Positions 24,358 through 34,004 of a stretch of 64,000 nucleotides of DNA are shown here, piece after piece (position 1 is the stretch's first letter; every line of letters starts with the position of its first letter). The translations under genes were made by a program, and so were the position numbers. The notes below the pieces were generated by a model that saw nothing but the letters and a program-made list of their open reading frames with translations, was not told the origin of the DNA and did not search any database. This DNA comes from Minutocellus sp. GHC0000111 (taxonomy: Eukaryota): positions 2,418,001 through 2,482,000 of the forward strand of contig OZ361256.1 in NCBI GenBank assembly GCA_977018835.1, read 5' to 3'.

Positions 24358-27090
24358 CAGCTGGACAGAATTTTTTGAAAGTTGTCGTAGGCCTGGTACT
24401 AATGCGACGGACAGACCGTTTTCCTAAAATAATCGCACCTCGCACACCCAAATCAACACGGCAGAAGCAAGGCAAAATTCTTTCTTCGAATCAATCCATA
24501 TCCCTTGACTTCGGCCTACGTAAAAGTTCTTCCCAAGTCGATGCTAGCTGCAGTTTCTCGCATCATTGTTTTGGTGTGTGTGTTAGCCGATGGTTTGGCG
24601 GAAAAACTGCGGCTAGAATCGGTTTCTGAGGCAATCGTCGCGAAATTTCTGCGACGCGCCCAAAACAGACGAAAATCGATGAAGGTTGGGAACCGGCGGT
24701 CATCTGGAGGTGGTTCGTTCGTATGTGAATAGACCCAACAGCTGATTTTATGCTTTGTATCCGTCCTATGGGTATGTGGGGTTGAGAAAATGCAGTCTAT
24801 CGTGGAAACGGGCTGCAAACATAGCATCTGTGGGGGATGCAGCTACTATTTGTGTCTCGTGGAGGTCGAAATCTGACCACAAATTGGACCTGCCGGTACC
24901 GATAAATTGGATGCAGATGCATTCTTCGTGGATGCATTGGTTCTGCCAGCTACCTGCATGTATATGAGCGTTGGAAATTGCTTGGTGGTGAAGAACGGGG
25001 GCATGCATCATGTCTTTTTGGCACACATGGTACATCTTGGTGAGACTGGCTGGAATTGGAGGCGCATAGAATTGCAGACTTGGAATTGATGCTATTCGTC
25101 CCGTGCATGCAAACTCGTGATCACTCCCATACAGGTGCCTCCTAGCATTGTATATCTTTCGATATTTGATGAGTTTCATCGGGGTTCTGCCACAAATCGG
25201 TATCAATCTATTGATTATTTTCAATTTTTATGGGCCTCTGAGCCAAATTGCAGGAAGTCAACCTTTCTGGCAGGGGATGATGATAGATCGGCATAAGGAC
25301 TCAACCAAGAGTATTCTATTTGCTTTAGTCTCATTACATATGTATAAGAGAAGTTACTTTTTAGTAGATGATGTATACTTGTCTACTCTGTGAAGCTTAG
25401 TAGCCACAGTCATCTGTAGTAGCTGCAAAGGGGCTGCCGCAGGGCCCGACTTTGCTCTCAGATGTTAGTAACGTCTACAAATAGCCAAGTAAGTCATTCT
25501 TCAACAGCTACTATCCGTAGCCTCGTACTAGAAATATATTGAGGTGAAGTGCTATGCGAGCGCTATTCAGTTCGTGATTATTTGTTGAGGTATGAGCCCT
25601 GACTCTTCGTGGAGGTCGACGATCGCCGAAATTTACGATAAAATCGTCGAATTTTCACATTGATTTGTCTCCATTACTTCCCATACCGGCACAAAAGTCC
25701 TTCCATGAGCATGGAGGTCGCTCAGATATACCAAGGACCGTTGTTTAATGCCCTTCCCGTTGAGTAGTTGTGGTTGATTGTTGTTCAGTATCAATATTGG
25801 TATTTCGAATCAGCACCCCAGGAATTCTGGCGTCGACCTCCACGAAACATTCAGATACTTATAAAATCATCGACCTTTGCAGCAAGCCCGCGAAAATTTC
25901 CACCAATGAGCCACCTCATATCATATGTAGGTGGGAATAAGGTACTGGTGTAGTGAATGGACGTGCATGAACCCAAACTATCGTCATGTTGGTATTTTTG
26001 ACCTCCCAGCGCAATAAAAGTTACCCTACAAAAATGACAACATGAGATAGTTTGGCCGAACTATTGAACCAAATGACAGGAAAATGCTATATGACTTCAG
26101 CGTAGGTATATAGCGTCCGAACGGAAGCCTCGCTATCGTCGATTTGGCGTAGATAGGTATACCTCTTGAGAAAGTGGTATCGCGGTGGAAAAGTTGAGGA
26201 GAATCTGAAAGTTTTGGTTCTGCTTGTTGTTGCATGAGAATGCAATAGGTTGCCAACACAAACTATAAAATCAACACATGCACTTCCATTCTTTAGTACA
26301 CACCTTGGCAGGATTGAACGAGAATCAGCGCCTCTCTATCCAATTTCAAGCACTATTGCACATAATCTGATATTGACGCCCATCCCAATGCCTAAAAAAA
26401 TGTGGCAAATCCACAAAGCCCCAACGAAATGATCCACTTACTGACACCCAACCCGTCTCGCACGCGCTTCGATCGCCCCAGTAGTATCACGGGAGAGAAA
26501 TATTCAAAGTTGTAATGTGCCCCATACTGGCTTGGTTCTCATCTGTAGCCATATTTATGCTGAGGACTGGTTTTACGACGAAATCAGATTGTTGAATTTT
26601 TGGAGGGCGTCGGCGTTTTGCTACCATCATGCATCCGAACTGAATAACACGACCACACCATCGCCCCACGCTTGCGTTAAATCGATCTTTCATGCCTTCA
26701 ATTGTCGTCTATCTCCCATTTACTCGACTCCTTCGTTACTTTTCTCTCCAATTGTAGCCGTCGTGGAGGTCGAGGTCGGCCGGTGACAAACGCCGAAAGT
26801 CGATTTTCGTCAGTTTCATGAATGAGAGGCTCAGAGTTACGACTCACTGGCCACGGCACATACACGGAGAAGAGATACTGAGGCGAACTTGGTGGAGGTA
26901 TGTCATTTTCATGGTTGAAATGGGGTCGGAGATCAGCATCGACGGGAGAGAGGAGAAAAAGTGTGGTCGAGATCAGGTGTAGCATGAGTCGAACTAGTCC
27001 ATTTTTCGGACAGGTAAAGGACCTTTATAGTATTAAAAAAATCGAAAGTACGTGTTTCTACCACAACGAGGTTTTTTTTCTGTCCAGCTG
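24358..27090. mobile_element. Decayed, probably non-autonomous TIR DNA transposon (Tc1/mariner/pogo-like ends)
   Basis: Left end CAGCTGGACAGAA (24358-24370) is the reverse complement of right end TTCTGTCCAGCTG (27078-27090), with a further GTTGT[C/G]GTAG match after a 10-nt gap. TA follows the right end and TACA precedes the left end. The interior is AT-richer with no convincing long ORF. Confidence 0.6.
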
Positions 27091-27461
27091 TACTGGTGCA
27101 TGCCTAGGCCTAGGTTTTTGGGGCACATGATCAGCCTTATCAAACTAATATAAATTATTGACACCGAATGAGATACGGCATCACATTCACAAATAATACG
27201 TGTGCAAGGCCGCTGATTTCGGGCGCGGACGCAGAGACTCAGAGACAGCCGACACCTTTATAACATTGTTAATAATGCATTTTATTTTTAAGTCAACATG
27301 TATTATGTACAGTAGGATGTAATTAATCGCGCATAAGCATGACATGAGTGTTATCACAAAGGCTTCCATGCTTTTTTCGTGCTTATGCGGGTGTTATCTG
27401 GATTGTCGATGGGAGAACGTGTCATCGCCAATGTGATGAGTGGTGGATGCTAAATGGTTGC

Positions 27462-28157
27462 TCAGACTTGAGTGGCCACTTGCTGCTGGTTGGCGGCGGC
27501 TACTGCCTGGGAATCATTTGACTTGTCGGCCTCCTCGGAAAGGGAGCACTCCGAGAACGAGCTCGAACGACGATGCGAGGCTACGGATTGAACACTGGAG
27601 CGCCTCTTGTTGATTCTCCCCTTGTTGTTGTTGGCGGCGGAGGCGGCACTGTCGTTGATGCGACGGGCGATGACGGCATCCTTGGCGCCCATCATCTCGG
27701 CCCTGTCGCGAGATTCCTGGGAGCTGCAAAGAGAAGCCTCGGCGATGGCGTCGCAGTCGGTGGGAAAGACACCGGTGTCCCACTGACGGTCTTGTTCGTC
27801 GAGGATGGCGTCGTAGTGTCGTTCCTTGGCAGCCTGGCGGTCTTGGACGTCGCTGGGATTGACGAGATACTCGAGGCCACGGATGCAGATGCCCTCGGAG
27901 TTGATTCCGTGGGTGCGAGCGCCAGTGATGGTACGGACGATGTCACCTTGGTTTCGTTTGGTGTCTTGTTCGGTGGTGAAGCAGGCCTCGAGTTCCTCGT
28001 CGGTGTGTTCGCCGAGAGAGGGGACGAGGCACATCTGCGTCCGGCTGTTGAAGCCGACCTGGCAAGGACGACGGCGACGAGGCAAAGAACCGACAGCGGT
28101 GGCAGCAGTAAGAACGGCCGCGTGGTTGGCAGGAGACGAGGAAGAAGCGGAGGACAT
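27462..28157 (-). CDS. Diatom-type hypothetical protein of the 'VxF...CxRGLE' family
   Basis: QVGFNSRTQMCLVPSL...EELEACF...ICIRGLEY...DAILDEQDRQ; strong codon bias. Confidence 0.7.
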   Translation of the reverse strand: MSSASSSSPANHAAVLTAATAVGSLPRRRRPCQVGFNSRTQMCLVPSLGEHTDEELEACFTTEQDTKRNQGDIVRTITGARTHGINSEGICIRGLEYLVNPSDVQDRQAAKERHYDAILDEQDRQWDTGVFPTDCDAIAEASLCSSQESRDRAEMMGAKDAVIARRINDSAASAANNNKGRINKRRSSVQSVASHRRSSSFSECSLSEEADKSNDSQAVAAANQQQVATQV

Positions 28158-28925
28158 GGTTCGATTTAGGTCTCTTGAGTTTTAGTTGTGATTGGTTCTT
28201 GATGAGTCAGTTGAGCATGGGTTGTTTTATGACTGATTCATAATTGTGAAAGTGGGAAATCTTGATCCATGAAATCTTGTTGGGCCTGGAGCATCGAGTA
28301 CATGTAGAGTGTACTAGCATGATAAGGTTCGGGACAGCAAAGTGGGACAGCCAGCAGAGAAACGTGCGTCAGACGGTCGCCTTCTGCACTTAGTCATTTT
28401 CAGAAACCAGCAAACTCTTGAACCGGGAGTGTTCGTTCAAGTGACGTTGTAGGCCCTGTTCTTTGCATCTTTGAGGTTCTTTTAGGGCCCTGTTCTGGTG
28501 ATTTGGGACGCATGACACGCACTCCGCGGAATTCTTCAATGTTCTGAGAATTTCTGTATTTTTTATTTGAAGGCCTTCGGGATCGACATTCCCGATTTCG
28601 ATTTTTCCGGCACTTCGTTCTCCTTTGGGATCGCCTCGTTGTTTAGATCAATTTAGGCCACATTTCAAGAAAGTGGATGTTGATCACTGTCACTCTTCTT
28701 GAACGGCTCCAGACGTCGTGTTTCCTGAGCGGGAGGTCTCGGAAACGCGAAATGTGCCCACGGCCTACATGTACCGATTGCCACGCACGTTGATATCCCA
28801 CCTTATCCCATCTCAGGCCTCAGCCAAACATCTCACGCCCATACCATTATCATCATTTCAGTAGCAAGCGCACAAATAAATACATAATCCCTACCACCTC
28901 TCAATCACTCAATCGTCATGATGAT

Positions 28926-29651
28926 ATGACGCCCTCTACTACTTTCTGTAGCTATCCAACCGTTGCCGGCGACGCGCCTACTACCCGCGCCGAGGCCTCC
29001 AGATGCCACCGTGGACACGAGCGCACGACAATGACTGATGCGGCAAATTCCATTTCTCGTCTTGCCCACCGTCGCACGAATAATAAAGCGGACCCATGCG
29101 TTCATGATTCTTCCGTCTCGTCTTTATCGACAACCATTTCTACTTCCGCAGATTTTGAAGAAAAAGCATCCACTCCGTGCCGAAGAATCCAGGAGAAAGG
29201 CCAATCGCCTTCGCCCTCCTCACCACCATCACCGTTGCGCTCGGTTCGCTTCAACGAAAGCATCCGCTGCATGGTAATTCCTGGCGTATGGCAAATGCCC
29301 CAACACGAAATCGACGATATCTGGTACGGCCCTGCCGACTCCCTACGTCAGAAGAAGGAGATGAAGCGCACCGTCCGTCACATGCGCAGCCATGGCCTTG
29401 AGCATGGAGAAACATTGGACGAGTCAAAGTATTGCTACCGCGGCCTCGAGCATCTGCAATCTGCCACTGCTCTTCAACGCCAGCAACAGGAACAATTGCT
29501 GGTCATCAATACCGTCCTTGAGGCACAAGATGCCAGCAGCTTTACATCATCCTATCTCGCCGCCGTTTCCGAGGCCGCAACCAAGAAGGCCAAGAAGCGC
29601 GCGCTCGTTGCCGCCAAGAAGGACGAGGCCGAGGCCATGAAATGTTTGTAA
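28926..29651 (+). CDS. Diatom-type hypothetical protein of the 'VxF...CxRGLE' family (divergent paralog)
   Basis: SVRFNESIRCMVIP...EIDDIWY...YCYRGLEH...NTVLEAQ. Confidence 0.7.
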   Translation: MTPSTTFCSYPTVAGDAPTTRAEASRCHRGHERTTMTDAANSISRLAHRRTNNKADPCVHDSSVSSLSTTISTSADFEEKASTPCRRIQEKGQSPSPSSPPSPLRSVRFNESIRCMVIPGVWQMPQHEIDDIWYGPADSLRQKKEMKRTVRHMRSHGLEHGETLDESKYCYRGLEHLQSATALQRQQQEQLLVINTVLEAQDASSFTSSYLAAVSEAATKKAKKRALVAAKKDEAEAMKCL

Positions 29652-29850
29652 TGCCATTAAGCGAACTGTCCAATCTAAATCATTTTGTACATATCACCAT
29701 TATAAATTTCTTTTTTATCCCTTCAAGATAGATGGCAATTCGATACTAGTAAACGTTTACATAGGATTTTATTACATTCATATACCTAGAATTTTCTACC
29801 TCCACACAGTGTAGAGTGAGAGTTGCAACAACAGATATGTTCGCGGTCGA

Positions 29851-30853
29851 TCAGACATATTTCCACTTGAACTCCTCGCTATGAGCCTCGACGGTCTCCT
29901 TCACAGCGGCAAATCGCCCCCTTTCCTTTTGATTCAACAAAGTGCCCCGTATTTCTCGCCGAGTTTCCACAAAGCACATGTCAGTAGCCAAACATTTTCG
30001 GAACCATCCGCCAAGCCTTGGGAATTCCTTTTGCCGAATTGTTGCCGCTATTGTAGCCCCATCACCCTCATCCTCATCACCAGCAACAAATATCGGTGTC
30101 CAGTCAAATACCAACGGAAGCAATAACTCCATAAATACAGCCGTTGGAAACCACGTCAAATCAGCATGCGTTAGTCGATCACCTCCCAAATAGGGTGTGA
30201 ATTTGCCATTCTCTTCCAACCAACGCAGCTGCTTGTAAATTTCTCCTACTTTGCCGGCCCGAGTTTGGATGTTCATTGTCCGCCTTGCCGGAGTGAATGC
30301 AGTTGGGCTGGGTACAGTTTGGCGATGCAATGTACAGATCGTGGCATCGAACAATGAGTGACACCAGGGCGCGATCTTCCGCCGTAGAGTTGTCGTCGGT
30401 CATCTTCAGCACAGATTTTGGCACGATGTCTTCAAGATACCCCATGATCACCGAGGATTCGAATAATTGGAAGGGCGTGTCTTGCTGATCGTGGACTATC
30501 AGAGCTGGCACCTTTTTCAATGGATTGACCGAAGCGAAGGAATCTGACTCAATGTCATCGTGAGACAGCCACTTGGTTTCGACGATGACTTGCTGCGTCA
30601 CTGCGACATCGTCGAGCACATCCTTATTTAGCCTAAGCCACAAACGTATCCTTGCCGCATTGTTGGAGTGTTTCATATCGTAGAACGTGCATCGTCGCTT
30701 TGGTGGGGAGGTCATCTTGTCGAAGAATGGGATGGTGCTGATCGAATAGCCGAATCGAATCGAATATTCGGCAAAGAAACCCGGAGCAAGTGAATTCAGA
30801 AGGCGAGAGCGTAGAGGCGAGAGGCGAGAGGCAGGTCGAAGGTGAGGCAGCAT
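29851..30853 (-). pseudogene. Glutathione S-transferase-like protein with frameshifting lesion near 30300
   Basis: GST-N motifs SNNAARIRLW, VNPLKKVPAL and LFESSVIMGYLED are in one frame; GST-C YLGGDRLTHADLTWFP...FPRLGGWF is in another. The frames meet at CCCAACT-GCATTC. Confidence 0.75.
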
Positions 30854-30955
30854 GGCATTGGCACGACTTGAGTTACCACTTACTGTTGTAGGCCTACCTT
30901 GTGAGGTAGCTTTGTAACTTAAGCACTTGCCTTCTTTACTTAACGTGCACATGCA

Positions 30956-31030
30956 CATTGAACTATGAATCAAAAATCAAAAACTGCTCACTCCATTGAA
31001 CCATGAATCAAAACTCAAAAATGCTCACTC
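30956..31030. repeat. Intergenic 37-38-bp tandem duplication
   Basis: cattgaactatgaatcaaaaatcaaaaactgctcactc / cattgaaccatgaatcaaaactcaaaaatgctcactc. Confidence 0.85.
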
Positions 31031-31085
31031 CCCAGAACCTGTTCGGGATACTAACGATAGGAGTACCGGTAAATAGCACCGGCAC

Positions 31086-32724
31086 CTAAGGCGTTGGATC
31101 TTCCTCATCGATTATGTTCTCACCGCCATTGCTACTGCTGGTTCCCAACGTTGAAGCCTTGCTGCTGCTCCCATTGTTTTCCTCCTCTGAAGCTTCTGAT
31201 TGCTGCTCTACTCTAATGAAAATTGCCAACGGGACCGATATCCAGCAACAAACCCCCATCGTGATAAAAATTTGCTCGAAAGTACAAACCAGAAAGAGAC
31301 TCGTGAAGATCAAACCGCCAACGTTTCCGCCAGAGCTCACAAAACCAGATACAGCCCCCGGGAACTTAATATCAACATAGGGAACCAGCCCAAAGGTCGT
31401 TCCTTCCGCTGCCTGAACAAATATAGAGAAGAATATCATGATTGACAATGCACCTTTGAAGCTTGTTGCAAAGGGAAGGGCGATGACAAAAATTCCCTCG
31501 ATAGCCAGAAAGAGAGCGTGCACCCATATTCTTCCCTTGATTCCTTTCTGTGCATTGGCTTTGTCGGAAGCCCAACCGCCTCCACCACGCGCGAATATGT
31601 TCATCCAGCCGAATATCTGTGTTGTTTGTGTGGGTGATTATGGTCCATAGTTTGAGGCATGTTAGATAGTATCAAGGAGATACACGTAACAAAATAAGTG
31701 AAAGTAATGACGTTCAAGCATGATGAAGTACATGTAGGGAAACTTACCGAGGCGACAGCACTGGCCTGGGAATTGTTCAAACCAAATACATCTACAAAGT
31801 ACATTGCAATTGATCCCAGCATTGTCAATTCCACACCAAAGGAAACCATGTAATGGAAGAAAAGGATGTAGGTTGCCGACCGCGTATAGGCGCTCCTGAC
31901 GGAATCATATAGCGAGCCTTCGTGTTCGGCCATTGTAGCGCTTGCAGCAACAATCGAACGGCAGTGTCTACCACCGGGACACGGCGAGTCATCGCTAATG
32001 AAGAATACCACTATGCCCGTAATCAGACCAAGTCCGGCGGGGATGAGACTGACCGTCCTCCATGCCATGTCGGGCGACATCAAGGTCAGAAAGGCCGGCA
32101 GAAGACCAGTCCCCACCACAAGCTGAGTAACACCACCTCCCAAATTGCCCCAGCCCCCGACAAACCAATTAGCAGCACCGACAATATCAGGAGCAAACAT
32201 TGCTGTCGACCAGTATTGGCAAATAACAAAGCTCCCACCAGCCATCCCTAAAAAAAGGGAATTATGTATAAACCTGCCGCAGAATTGACGAGTCCAGTGC
32301 ATGCTGTCGGTATAGATGCTAGGGATAAAAGGACCAGAAATACTTTTCTTGGTCCATATCGATCGCACATGGGCCCCACAATCAATCGTTCAGTGGGAAT
32401 AAGATTGAAGAGGTTGCTGATGAATATTTGCCGCTCGGTCAGGTCAAGTGAATCCTTGATGTAGGGGAGAAGTGGGACAATCGCAAACCATATGAAGAAG
32501 GACACGAAGAAGGATATCCAAGAACAGTGGAACGCTCGCATATGAGGCCGTTTGAACGAAAGCACCCGAATCTCCGTAGCCTTGCCAGACAATGGGTCTG
32601 TGGCCAGTGGCCCTCGCTTGACACAACAGCAATCGTCGGTGGTATCAGTGGCATCGTCATCATGTTTGACTCGTTGACGTGATGCCGAATCCAGAGCCGA
32701 TGCAAATGGCTCAGACTCAATCAT
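31086..32724 (-). CDS. NRT2: High-affinity nitrate transporter NRT2 (NNP/MFS family); frameshift at T run 32250-32256; intron 31747-31617
   Basis: RPHMRAFHCSW, GPMCDRYGPR, FVICQYWS...VGAAN..GGWGNLGGG, FGVELT, IFGWMNIFARGGGG and FVQAAEGTTFGLVPYV...GGNVGG. Confidence 0.88.
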
Positions 32725-33233
32725 GGTCTGCTGCTAGCTAGGGAACGGGGGTGATATTATACGCCGAGCCGGAGTTTCTGCTCCAAAGATGCTGGTGGGC
32801 ATTATATTGTTGCTTCGCTCTCTACAAATCTCGAAAATGCATGCCGCCGCCGCCCGCGTAACTGCCGGAGTTTTGGTGACACGATGCCTTCAAACGGGCG
32901 ACGGCCAGATCCACTCCAAACGTACGTACGCTTACAGCTGTACGTACGCCGAGAGTGCTCGCAGCCAAATCGATCGAAGCTGCTTGGGCATCGCGATCAT
33001 AGCATGCGCATGGCTGCTGCATGATCCATCAAAAGCAAAAGTACGAGCCTCGTACGCCCCGTGAGCTTCACATCAGCTACATTTACATAGCCAGCAGGTG
33101 GTCAGAAGTGAATTGAGCTTTTTGATCGTCATAACGGCAAAATAATCTGTACACATAGCGCTGCTGCTGCGCGTTTTCCGCCCCTCATATCATCTTACAA
33201 ACAGAATTCATTATCGAAGCGAACAAATAAATC

Positions 33234-33755
33234 ATGTCACCAGATAAGACGAAGACGCTCCAGTTTGACCGAGTAGATGTTCGCGAATACAACACAGTCC
33301 TCTCGAATAATCCAGCTTGCAGATACGGTCCCTCGGTCGAGCTGGGGTGGGACTATCATCAGGATCAGTACCATCACAATTTGGCTGTGAGCCAGTATGA
33401 AAAAGAGCGCCAAGGCAAGCGGCGAACCAAGGCATCGCAATACTACTTATCAGAAGTGCAGCGAGAGGCGACGCTTCAACGAGCGAATTTCTCAAAAAAA
33501 GACATCAAGAAAGCAACAAAATCAAAGAACAAAGCTTGGAGGCAGTGTGACGCTAGTAACTTTGTTCTCAATTTCAATGTCCCTCTCATGGTGAGAGAAG
33601 CCAAGAAGAACAAGAAGCTGGCACGAGCACGTCGCAATCTCAAGAAGGCAAAGGTAGCACCAGCAACAGCAAACAAACAAGCAGAGCCTGTGCTTTTAGA
33701 GCATGAAACTCTATACAAGGGCTGGTGGTTGCCCTTTTCTGGCGATATCTTTTGA
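33234..33755 (+). CDS. Diatom-type hypothetical protein ('F.RV.VREY...NP...GP..LGW' family)
   Basis: LQFDRVDVREYNTVLSNNPACRYGPSVELGWDY motif; basic C-terminus. Confidence 0.65.
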   Translation: MSPDKTKTLQFDRVDVREYNTVLSNNPACRYGPSVELGWDYHQDQYHHNLAVSQYEKERQGKRRTKASQYYLSEVQREATLQRANFSKKDIKKATKSKNKAWRQCDASNFVLNFNVPLMVREAKKNKKLARARRNLKKAKVAPATANKQAEPVLLEHETLYKGWWLPFSGDIF

Positions 33756-33778
33756 GCGCGTGTGTGCTGAGATTTCTA

Positions 33779-33781
<3 letters not shown>

Positions 33782-33834
<53 letters not shown>
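33782..33834. repeat. (GT)n microsatellite, about 26 units
   Basis: Perfect GT run in the 3' region, followed by AATAAA at 33841. Confidence 0.98.
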
Positions 33835-33835
<1 letters not shown>

Positions 33836-34004
33836 CATTCAATAAACGTGTGTATAATTTAGAGATATATATTAAACTGTAGCGTAAGCCTGAGTGCTAA
33901 GGTTCGATTCTAATTATACTGAATTATATTTGGTTGCTTCTTCTCTATGCTAATCTATATTTCATTTGATAATAATATACAAAGACGAGTCTTGGTCGAC
34001 ATGC

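Noticed and set aside
24766..26985. Short ORFs inside the TIR element as a transposase
   Set aside because: No DDE/D or HTH motifs could be recognised in any frame, and stops are frequent.
30956..31030. 37-38-bp direct repeat as a CRISPR-like array (also the 22-bp repeat at 44307)
   Set aside because: Only two abutting copies, no spacers, no cas genes and a eukaryotic context; simple tandem duplication.
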